64,000 nt of DNA. Origin: Eledone cirrhosa. Taxonomy: Eukaryota. The DNA is taken from contig OZ024766.1 in the NCBI GenBank assembly GCA_964016885.1, forward strand, positions 15,562,001 to 15,626,000. Reading direction: 5' to 3'. The notes under the pieces are model-generated. The model worked only from the letters and a program-made list of their open reading frames with translations. It was not told the origin of the DNA and ran no database searches. How positions within the stretch are numbered: position 1 is the first letter of the stretch; each line of letters begins with the position of its first letter. Both the position numbers and the translations under genes were made by a program. Below are positions 1 to 10,589 of this stretch, piece by piece.

Positions 1-270
1 CACACATATTTCTACACACACACACACGTCTACATCTCTCTCTCTCTCATACGTACACACTGTATGTCTGTATATATATATGTGTATATATATTAACATT
101 TGTCTTTTAAAATTATGGATATTAATTCTCTTGTCACCTGAACTGTCCTCAATAACAAGAACCTTAACTATAGAAGGCTTATTCGTTTGTTTTATGAGCT
201 GAGGATGTTATTGTGAATAAAGTTTCTCTCACTTTAACAAAAATAATAGTGGAATACTCCACAATAATCA

Positions 271-310
<40 letters not shown>

Positions 311-315
<5 letters not shown>

Positions 316-515
316 CACCCAGCACTCACTGTAAATGAGGTTGGTGTTAGGAAGGGCATCCAGCTGTAGAAATCAAGCCAGAATCAGTTCCCGTATGAGC
401 AAGACAAGGTCAGCTGACCGGACACTGCCCATAACAGGACAACCCGTCTAACCTATGCTAGCGTGAAGGAATGGAGGTTAAAACAGTGATGATGATGATG
501 ATGATGATGATGATA
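311..515 (+). mobile_element. 5'-truncated RTE-dependent SINE fragment with (GAT)n tail
   Basis: aaagcacccagcactcactgtaaatgaggttggtgttaggaagggcatccagctgtag is identical to the body of the full SINE at 60088; ends in (GAT)n; paralog at 16783-16968. Confidence 0.8.
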
Positions 516-772
516 TCATCATCATCATAATCATATATATAAGCACTTGCTTTTTCTTCATCCAAGATCAGTCTTACGCTGGCATATGTCTTATTACTTG
601 TACCAACTAAATGCTACATTACAATTTTGTAGAAGAAGAAAGTGGAGTTCTGCAGTCTTTTATGGACCCTTTGTATATTAGACTAAATGGTAACTATTAA
701 CCATATCTATATTTCTTAATGTATGAGTAGAAGTGGTGAGAATCCTGTATGTAAAGATAACTAGCTAGAAAT

Positions 773-985
773 ATGTCTGAATATAGCTGTGAGATTTGTA
801 GGAAAACTTTCTCTTCAAGACTGAATCTATACTCACGTGGGAAAATACACATGGGAGAAAAACACTTCCACTGTGAATTATGTGGGAAATCTTTCACTTA
901 TAATTCTAAACATGTCATCCACATACGGAGTCACACTGGAGAAAAACCCTTCCGTTGTGAAATATGTGAGAAATCTTTCACATGA
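773..985 (+). pseudogene. C2H2 zinc-finger pseudogene (3 fingers, copy A)
   Basis: CEIC..F..H..H-TGEKP repeats; finger 1 His->Arg; finger 3 cut by TGA where paralog B has TGG. Confidence 0.85.
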
Positions 986-1115
986 AATTTTTCGCTGCTT
1001 GTTCACAAATGTAGTCAACTCTCGTGATAAACCCCATCACTGTGAAATCTGAAACACACAAATATACAAACACACTCTGGAAAGAAGAAAATAAATATAT
1101 ATATGTGTGTCTGTC

Positions 1116-1182
<67 letters not shown>

Positions 1183-1184
<2 letters not shown>

Positions 1185-4100
1185 CAGCATCAACACCATT
1201 GTCTGCAGCAACAGCAGCAGTGAAATGAAGGACAACAACAACAGCAACAACGACAACAACTACAATAACAACTACAGCACCAACAACTGCCACCACCATC
1301 ACTGACCATCCACCACCACCACGCTGATACCATCCACCACCACCGCACTGGCACCATCCACCACCGCCATTACCAGCGTAAAGCAAACAATTATTATTGT
1401 TGTTATTATTATATACAAGTCGAACTGGACTGGGAAAGGTCAACAGTTGACATGATAGTGATTTTGACGATTTTGATTTTGATTTTGATTTTGTATCAGT
1501 ACTGTCGGTAATATATGTATATATATATGTGTTTGTGAGTGGTGTGTGTGATTGTATGCATGAATGAGTGTTGGTATGTGTGGTTGTGGTTTGTATGCAT
1601 GAGTATTGGTGTGTGAGTCGTGTCAATAAGTTTTTTTTTTTGTTTTTTTTTAATGACCATGCTGTAAAATGGAGGGGTAGAGAGGGCCCTTGAGTCTAGT
1701 AAGACATCCTCTCTAGTGCTGGTGGCACAAATAAAAGCACCCAGTCCATGCTGTAAAGTGGCGCTGGTGTTAGGAAGGGCATCCAACTAGTGTATCAATG
1801 CCAAAAAGCTTATCAGCACAGCAACAAAACAGCATAGAAAAATATGAAGACGTCGCATCTCAGAGTTGCAACACTTAATGTTGGCACTCTCAGAGGTAGA
1901 TCTGCTGAAATAGCGGAGATGCTGGAGAGAAGGCAGGTGGATGTGTGCTGCGTGCAAGAGGTGAGATGGAGAGGTGCCTCTGCGAGACTAGTCGTAGGCA
2001 AGCGTCTTAGCTATAAGCTATTCTGGGTAGGTAAGGATGATGGGTTAGGGGGAGTAGGCATTTTCCTGGCTGAGAAATGGATCAATAAGACAATAGAGGT
2101 AGTTCGAGTTAGTAATCGAATAATTAAGCTTAGATTAGTTGTAGGTAGGAGACTACTGACAATCATCTCGGTCTATGCTCCCAAGCAGGCCTAGGCAAAG
2201 ATGAGAAAGACTACTTTTATGAGCAACTTTTGCAAACAACCACAATGACAGAGGACGGAGACATCGTTATGCTAGCAGGAGACTTCAATGGTCGTGTTGG
2301 ACAGCTCCAGGATGGTTACACTGGGGTACATGGTGGGCACGGTTACGGTTCAAGAAATGAAGAAGGAGTGAGACTTCTTGAATTTTGTGATGCGAGTACA
2401 TTGACTATTTGCAACACAAACTTCCAGAAACCTGCCAATCACCTAATAACCTACAAATCTGGTGAGCACATAAGCCAGATTGACTTCCTGCTAGTTAGGC
2501 AGCGGGACAGGCAGATAGTGTCTAATACCAAGGCATACCCTGGGGAAGAATGTACCCCACAGCATAGGTTAGTTGTTAGTGATATCTCAGTAAGCAAGGG
2601 ATGGAATGAGACATATAGGAAGGTGTGGAGAAGAAAGGTCTGGAAGCTAAAAGACCTTTCACTAAAATACAGATTTAGGAAAGCCCTTCAAGATGTATAT
2701 GACGAAAAAGAAGACGATTTAGAGACGTATGACATAGATAATAACTGGAATTTTTTACGTGACAACTTGCTGCAGGCTACTGATGAAACCTGTGGCTGGA
2801 GCAGAGCTCCAACCAGACAGAGCTCCAACCAGACAGAGAGTGACCTGGTGGTGGAACAGCACAGTAGATAAGGCTATTAGAGACAAAAGACTAGCATGGA
2901 AGGCTTGGAAAAAGGGTGGGAGTAGGGAAGAATATACAGCCACTAAGAGAGAAGCTAGACGTCAGGTGTACTTAGCAGGCAGAGAGTAGGAGGTTTGCCA
3001 ATGTTCTGCGACGGGAAGATCAGAGGCGTGCGGTGTTCCACATTGCAAGGCAGTGTGTCAATGCAAATCAGGATGTTGTTGGAGATAAATGTGTCCGGGA
3101 TGATGCCGGTGTACTTAGTGTCACGAATGACCAGAAAAAGGAGGCCTGGAAATGTCATTATGAGAGACTGATGAATGTGGAGAACGAATGGGAGAGAGAG
3201 AAATTACCCTTGGTAGATCCGACAGAGGGACCAGCTATTGTGATTAACGAATATAGGGTCCAAGAGGCGATTAGGGAAATGAAAAATGGTAAGGCGGCCG
3301 GACCATCGGGAATAGTTGCTGAGATGCTGAAGGCATCAGAGGACGTAGGCACTAAACTGGTTGCACGCATCATCAATCAGGCTATATATGGTGGTGTCAT
3401 ACCCAAAGACTGGTGCAGCAGTATTCTCATAAATTGCTACAAAGGTAAAGGGGATGCTTTGGAGAGGAGCAATTATAGGGGTATAAAACTGATAGATCAG
3501 GTTATGAAAGTGGCAGAAAGGATTTTAGCACAACTAATTAGAGAAAGGGTCAAACTAGATGAGATGCAGTTTGGTTTTGTGCCTGGGAAGAGTACAACAT
3601 ATGCCCTCTTCTTGGTGAGACAAATGCAAGAGAGGTTCTTAGAGAAGAATAAGCCACTATACTTAGCCTTTGTTGACCTAGAGAAGGTCTTTGATAGGGT
3701 ACCCCGATCTGTCATCTGGTGGTCCCTAAGGAAGCTAGGTGTTGAGGAATGGCTTGTGAGGACAGTAAAGTCAGGGTAGGAATGGAGTTTAGTGAGGAAT
3801 TCCAGATACAAGTAGGAGTACATCAGGCCTCAGCCCGCTCTTGTTCATTATAGTCCTCCAAGCCATAACAGAGGAGTTTAAGACTGGCTGTCCATGGGAA
3901 CTTCTCTATGCTGACGATCTGGCTCTTATAGCAGAATCAGTAGAGGAGCTAGAGAATAAATTCCGGCTATGGAAACAGCAGTTGGAAGCAAGAGGACTGA
4001 GAGTAAATCTAGCTAAGACAAAAGTGTTGATGAGTAGAAAAGAGGACAAAACTCTGATTCCGTCAGGGAAATGGCCATGTTCGATATGCAGAAAAGGAAC

Positions 4101-4908
4101 TGGCATAAATTCTATAAAATGCACACAATGCAGGTCCTGGGTACACAAGAGATGTAGCGGGATAGCAGGCAAACTAACAGGTAGGGAGAAATATGTATGC
4201 AGTAGATGTACAGGGAAATTAGACAGTAGAAGTCGCACTGATAGACACATTTTTCAAATGTGAGAGGGCGCTATAGAAGTGGTGGATAGCTTCCGGTACC
4301 TAGGAGATCAGATTAGCATGGGAGGAGGGTGTTCCGAGGCCATAGTATCTAGAATAAGGACGGGTTGGAAGAAGTTTAGGGAGCTGCTTCCTCTGTTGAC
4401 GAAGAAGGGTTTCTCCCTGCGTACGAAAGGCCGGTTGTATGATGCCTGTGTGAGGAGCGCGATGCTGCATGGTAGTGAGACATGGGCAGCAACCGCAGAG
4501 GATATGCGACGGCTGGAGAGAAATGAGGCAAGCATGCTCCGTTGGATGTGCAGTGTAAATGTGCGTGAACGACCCAGCATGAATGTGTTGAGAGAGAAAC
4601 TGTGTCTGAGAGGGATAGAATGTAGTGTACGGGAGAGGAGACTGAGGTGGTATGGACATGTGATGCGCATGGAGGATGACCGATGGGTGAAGAAGTGCCA
4701 GGAAATGCCAGTTGAAGGAAGACGTGGTAGAGGTAAACCACGAAAAACATGAGCGGAGGTGGTGAGAACAGACCTCAGATCATTGAAGCTCACGGTGGAG
4801 ATGACGAGGGACCGTGACGAGTGGAGAGATGCTGTGCTGAATAAGACCCGTCCCACCCTTGCAAGCAGGGAAAAGCGGACGTAAAATGATGATGATGATG
4901 ATGATGAT
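1183..4908 (+). mobile_element. RTE-clade LINE, family 1, near full length, ORF disrupted (APE endonuclease, RT with PHD-type insertion, (GAT)n tail)
   Basis: APE motifs TLNVGTL, VQEVRW, GDFN, IDF, HR; RT motifs YRGIKL, QFGF, AFVDLEK.FD, YADD, FRYLG; several stops and frameshifts; the empty site is seen in paralog B near 16207. 1183-1650 is low-complexity CAA/CAC/GT sequence that came in with the insertion. Confidence 0.92.
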
Positions 4909-5304
4909 TGTTACTGAGGGTAGGATAACCTGATGAGCTGGTTCCTGTGGTAGATACCTAAACATAGTAAGACCCTAGTGGGATGACTGAGATTGACCTA
5001 CATAGATCAGATATCTCTGGATGTCCAGCTGGAGATTAATGATTCTCAGGAATGCCATGGAAGATCATGACATCTAAAAAAGAAGTGTAGAATTGTTCTG
5101 GCAAATCCACCTGACCTAATAAATAATAATTATATTAATATATATTAATGAACATTTATTATGGTGAAATATGTTAGAAATCATTCTCAGAGGTTTTGTA
5201 TTGTAACCCACAAATACACCCTGTAGAAAGTTCTACTTCATATTATTTGTCATTAAGGTTTCTTATAGAGACACAATTTTATTTTATTGGTGATGGTGGT
5301 GGAT

Positions 5305-5620
5305 TGGCAGAATCAGTAGCGTGTCAGACGATATGCTTTGTGTCATATAGTTACATCCCTTTACGTTCTGTATTAAAATCCTGCTGAGGTTAGCTTTACT
5401 CTTCTTCCTCAGAGGTTCAGTAAAATAAAGTACCAGTAATGCACTGGGGTTGAGTTAAAAGTAGAAACATTTATTTAAAGTCTATAAAACAATAGATAGA
5501 ATGCTTTCTGCCATATTTGTTCTGGTTCTCTGCTTTCTGAGTTTAAATCCTGCTGAGGTCAACTTTGCCTTTCATCCATTCAAGGTTGATAACAAAAAAG
5601 TACCAGTCTACCACAGGGGT
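5305..5620 (+). mobile_element. Two decayed tRNA-derived SINEs (Meta-domain-like core)
   Basis: ttggcagaatcagtag...gaggtcaactttgcctttcatcc...gataa..aaagtaccagt, the same family as 8300-8480, 18835-19015 and 29805-29982. Confidence 0.6.
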
Positions 5621-7499
5621 CTGTTCATCCTCTCTATATTTCTATCTCACTTCTTCTCTCTCATTCTCTCTCCTTCTTTGGAAGAAATCATCTGTTCCAA
5701 CCTGGTGAGTGAAGGGCTCCACCAAGCTTCAAATGTCCACAGTGACACCCCTATGACTCCATCAGTGCAAGAAAAACAAAACAAGATTGATGTATTTATA
5801 TGATGGAGTATAAACAGGTCCTTGACTGTAAAGATTAACATGAGTTAAGGTAAATATAATTGTAGATGTAAAATGTCAAGGTTTATTCAATCTAAAGAGA
5901 AGAAAAAGGAATTCAAAGTCCAGTGAAAAAAATTTACGTTTAAATACATAACAAAAGTCTCTCTTTCTCTCTAGAAAAAAAAAACTTCTCCAGGTCGGAA
6001 TAAAACAGATTTCTTCCAGAGAAAGGCAGAGAGTGAGATATAGAGGAAGAATTAACCCCTAGTATTTGACTGGTACTTTATTATCAACCCCGAATGGAAG
6101 AAAAGTAAAGTTGAACTCAGATTAAAGAACTGGAAAAAATACTACAAAGAATTCTATGTGATGTTCTAACAACTTTACCAGATTACCTTATGTATATATA
6201 TATTTGTCTCTAGAGATAAGAAACACTGAAGAAGTTTAGTATGAACCCCCTTAGAGTATCTCCTGACCAGGATTGAACCCCAGAGCAGGACCTCCACCAT
6301 CTCTGGTATCTCCCACCAGACCACCATGTTATCCACGTTATCCATGTGCAACCATGCAGTATTCTTCTCCCCCATATTTTTCATATATTTACCTAAACTG
6401 CGATTCTGTGTTTCTCTCTTTCTCTCTTACTGCTCCCTCGTTCTCTCTGTTTCTCTTACTTTCTTTCGTCCCTTCTGTCATGTCAGTTAACACTTTCTCT
6501 CTACTGACTTCTTCCTCGCACTCCCACTGACCCAGTCCCTGTTTCTCCCCTTCTTACTTCCTCCCGTTCGCTTCGAAAACGATTTTCCTTCTTTCTAACA
6601 TCGGATTCACTAGCGAAAGGTCTGTTTCTAACTCGCACATATATTCACACAGCTTATGCTGAAAGAATAACCATGTTGCTTGTGTTTATTTCCATCTTCG
6701 GTTAGCTTTCCCCTGTGTTGTTTACTTATCTCACTCGCTTTACGTGTTTCTATTGTCCTAATAACTTATTTTAGTTATTATCGCTCCAACGTGAGGTATA
6801 TGTTTTTTAATGCGATGAAATACCAATGATCGTTGGCAAATCACTGATGAGGGACTCATTTTATAACATGTTATGCATGTGCAACCATGCAGTATTCTTC
6901 TCCCCCATATTTTTCATATATATATATATATATATACATATAACATATATATATATACATAAAACATATATATATATATACATATATAAATATAAATTCA
7001 GCGAGAATCGTATTTCGGCTGCTAGAAAAAGCGAAACGAAACACAAAATCATAGAAATGCTGGCAAGCGCTCAATAGTTAAAAAAAAACATAGCTAAACA
7101 ATATGTTAAAACGCCATACAAACTGAAAAAGTGGTCGAGAAGGCATTAACAACCTAAGCCAAAAAACAGATCAAGCTAAACAGGTCAAACAAAATAAATG
7201 ATAAAAAGCTGAACCCAAATGGAACTGGTGGTAAAATCCAAATGCAGGGTTTCTATGACACCTAAATCAATAATACTGTCTGCTTAAAACTATAAGCTTT
7301 CAGCATAAAGATCGAACAAGGAATATCCCGTTATCAACAGGTAATTCTGCTCTGTAACCAACTTTGCGAGTGACACCGAACATAGTAAAGGCACATGCGT
7401 AAGTCACAAGGGGAAATTCCCCATATTTTCGAATAAGCACTCAACCGGGTAGTTTTAAAAAATAAACTTATGCAATTAATCTGTCAATAGAATTATTAA

Positions 7500-7637
7500 C
7501 AGGTTATATATATATATATACATATATATGTATATATGTAGGTAGGAGGTTGGTGTTAGGCAGGGCATCCAGCTGTAGAAATCAAGGCAGAATCAGTTCC
7601 CGTTCCACTCTTGCAAGCAGGGAAAAGCGGACGTAAA

Positions 7638-7675
<38 letters not shown>

Positions 7676-8200
7676 ACATATATATATATACACACACACA
7701 CACACGCTCTCATGCATACACACAGATACACACATTCATATATATATATTTATATAGTAAAGCACTTTACGATTAGGATTATATATATATCTATATATGT
7801 TGCTCTTGGCTGCTATTTCTAGCGCTAAAATTAAAACCGGAAGTGGACAAGATGAAAAAGTTAGCTAAAATTCAGTCTCAACTTTTTAAATAATAGATTT
7901 TTTTATGTCAACAAACGGAGAATATTTGGCAAGAAAGATAACTCTTGTCTTACTTAAAGCCGGAAATTGAGTTACAAATTTTGCGGGTCTGCAGTTTATA
8001 TAAACCTTCTTATTTGGTCTTGTTAACTGGCATTTGACTGCTATTTCTAGCATATATTAATAGACACTTTAGAAATAGCAGCCAAAAGTCAGCTAACAAC
8101 ACTATAGGAAACACCAGAAAGAAGGACCCATGCACACACACATATATATATATAAATGTACATGAGTGTGTGTATATATATATATATACACACACAAATA
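7500..8200 (+). repeat. Duplicated block (SINE fragment plus motif-cluster module); inverted copy at 36600-37250
   Basis: Near-identical reverse complement of 36600-37250; the 36.8-kb copy lacks about 60 bp that includes the CCGGAAGT site. Confidence 0.85.
7807..8084. promoter_or_regulatory. Putative regulatory module: clustered GCTAGAAATAGCAG motifs plus ETS-type CCGGAAGT
   Basis: Motif at 7807, 8036 and 8070; ETS site at 7837; a diverged inverted paralog at 12860-13320 keeps the motifs. Function is inference only. Confidence 0.3.
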
Positions 8201-8299
8201 CGTGTGTGTGCGTTTATATATAAATATATATATATATATATTTATATATATACACACACACACACAAATATATTAATATATGTGCGTATATATATATAA

Positions 8300-8480
8300 T
8301 TGTTTCTATTTTAGGCACAAGGCCAGCAAATACGCAGTACATTACTGGTACTTTATTTTATCGACCTCGTAAGGATGAAAGGCAAAGTTAACCTCGGCGG
8401 GATTTGAACTCAGATCATAAAGGGACGTAACTCTATGCTTCAAAGCATGGTGTCCGAATCTCTACCGATACTGCCAATCC
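8300..8480 (-). mobile_element. tRNA-derived SINE (Meta-domain-like core)
   Basis: Minus strand has A box tggcagtatcggtag, B box gagttcaaatcc, core ctttgcctttcatcctt..gaggtcgataaaataaagtaccag and tail ggccttgtgcctaaaatagaaac. Confidence 0.75.
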
Positions 8481-8636
8481 ACTGCCCTATATATAATATA
8501 TACCGTGCGTATATATATATAATATATGTATGTGTATATACGTGTGTGTGTGTATGTGTACGTATTCATACATACATATATATGTGTATATATATACATA
8601 TATATGTATATACATATATACGTATATATATATATG

Positions 8637-8685
<49 letters not shown>

Positions 8686-8728
8686 GTATATATATGTATA
8701 TTTATATATATATAAATATGTATATGTA

Positions 8729-8850
8729 TATATCTATCTATCTAAGGCGGGTAAAATTCCCGAGATCCATGGACGAGTTCTCTCCAGCAGTCTCTGTCCC
8801 TCATCATCGCTGCCATGTCCTGCGTCTCCAACAGACCAGTGTCTGTCCTA
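8729..8850 (-). mobile_element. 3' end fragment of a third RTE/RTEX-like LINE with (TAGA)n tail
   Basis: Translates [29 protein letters not shown], the DR..WR C-terminal motif, followed by tagatagata. Confidence 0.6.
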
Positions 8851-8946
8851 TATATATGTGTGTGTATATGTATATATATATATATATGTATATATATATG
8901 TGTGTGTTTGTATGTATGTATATATATATATATATATATATATACA

Positions 8947-10243
8947 TTCCAAACATGGAAGCACGGCCTAGAATTAAAAGGCCTTAAAATTAACCTGGCT
9001 AAGACTAAAGTTCTAGTTTGTAAGAAATAAAATAAGGCGGCGGTCCCCTCCGGGAAGTGGCCATGCTCAGAGTGTAGGAAAGGCGTAGGTAGAAACTCCA
9101 TTTTGTGTCCCAAATGCAAAGTTTGGGTGCATAAAAGATGTAGTGGGATCACAGGTAAGCTAACTAAGAACATAGATTTTACATGTGGCCGGTGTTCTGG
9201 GGCAATAAGTAGCAGCAAGTGCTCACAAAATACTAGCTCTTTCAACTGCGCAAAGGGTTCTATAGAAATAGTGGACAGCTTCCATAACCTGGGTGACAAA
9301 ATCAGCAGTGGGGGAGGGTGCTCTGAAAGTACAGTAGCTAGAGTCAGAACTGGGTGGAAAAAGTTCAGAGAGCTCATACCACTATTAGCCGCTAAAGGGT
9401 TCTCCCTAAAAATGAAAGGCAGGTTGTACGATGCCTGCATACGAACAGCAATGTTGCATGGCAGTGAGACCTGGGCATTGTGTGCAGAGGATATACGCAG
9501 ACTAGAGAGAAACGAAGCTTGCATGCTCCGCTGGATGTGTAATAGTAATACACGTGAACGGCAAAGCATAAACGAACTAAGGAAAAAATTAGAAATAAGA
9601 GGGATCAGATGTTGTTTACTCGAGAGAAGGCTACGTTGGTATGGTCACGTGATGCGCATGAAGGACGATAGCTGTATAACAAAGTGCAGGGCAATAAAGA
9701 TAGACGGTAGCCACGGAATAGGCAGACCCAGAAAAACCTGGGACGAGCTGATAAATTCCGACCTCACACACTTACACCTCACCAAGACAATGTCACTGGA
9801 CCGAGACCTTTGGCGGTACTCAGTAATAGAGAAGACCCGCCTTACCTAAATACAAAGTAAAACCTACTACAGTCAGTAGGCATCTCTAACAAAATACACC
9901 CCCGTCCCACCACCTCCACCTCATCCACACCGCCCCTTTCAATGTAAAGTTATGTTGGTGCCACAACATCCAGGCCGAAACAAATGAGATCGTGTAGGTG
10001 TCACATCAAAAAAACACACAGTTCACGCTGTAATGTGGCCGTGTAGGCAACACGGTAAAAACCTCCCAGTCCACACTGTAAATGTGGTTGGTGTTAGGAA
10101 AGGCATCCAGCTGTAGAAAACCCGCCAGGTAGTCCTATGCGAGCAAGATAACCACTCTTGCCTCAAGTGGGAAAACCCTCCGTCCAAACCCATGCAAGCG
10201 TGGAACACGGACGTTAAACGATGATGATGATGATGATGATGAT
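8947..10243 (+). mobile_element. RTE-clade LINE family 2, 5'-truncated copy
   Basis: PHD region, VDSF.LG, ETW, LRWYGHV, GRPRKTW, DRDLWR; ~390-bp 3' UTR; (GAT)n tail. Confidence 0.92.
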
Positions 10244-10314
10244 ATGTGTGTGTGTGAATGAGCATGTGTGAATATTTATACACACACACACACACATACA
10301 CACATATATATATA

Positions 10315-10447
10315 TATAAATGAAGTATTTCCGTCGGAAAGGTACAGGAGGAAAGAGTGCTCTATGTAGGCTACAGAGCTTATTACTGTAGCCTACATAG
10401 AGCACTCTTTTCTCCTGTACCTTTCCGACGGAAATACTTCATTTATA
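10315..10447. mobile_element. Palindromic fold-back MITE-like element (second copy 35982-36104)
   Basis: ~60-bp arms are almost perfectly complementary around a 9-nt loop agcttatta. Confidence 0.7.
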
Positions 10448-10589
10448 CAGCTCCAACCGGGAATGATCGAAGCATATTCTATATTTCATATACGATTAGC
10501 ACCTTCCAGCCCGATAAGTTGAGCACTCTACAGTTTCAGGAAGTTAACCAACATACACCATGGACGTTTATGAATTGGATTATTCTATC

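Larger units (their letters stand above)
1..6328 (+). repeat. Segmental duplication, ZNF unit copy A (inverted paralog of 14803-17760), interrupted by a 3.7-kb RTE insertion
   Basis: 1-1120 and 4909-6328 align as the reverse complement of 16200-17590 and 14803-16200 with high identity by eye; homology stops at ...ccaccatg (6328 / 14803). Confidence 0.9.

Noticed and set aside
1015-1626. 203-aa Gly/Val/Asn-rich ORF
   Set aside because: It is antisense to trinucleotide repeats (CAA, CAC, TTA); no domain is recognisable.
8435-8987. Long YI/IY-rich ORFs here and at 978-1305, 12571-12997, 18217-18719, 36019-36543, 45112-45414, 53489-53739
   Set aside because: They are translations of (TA)n/(TG)n microsatellites, which lack stop codons in several frames.
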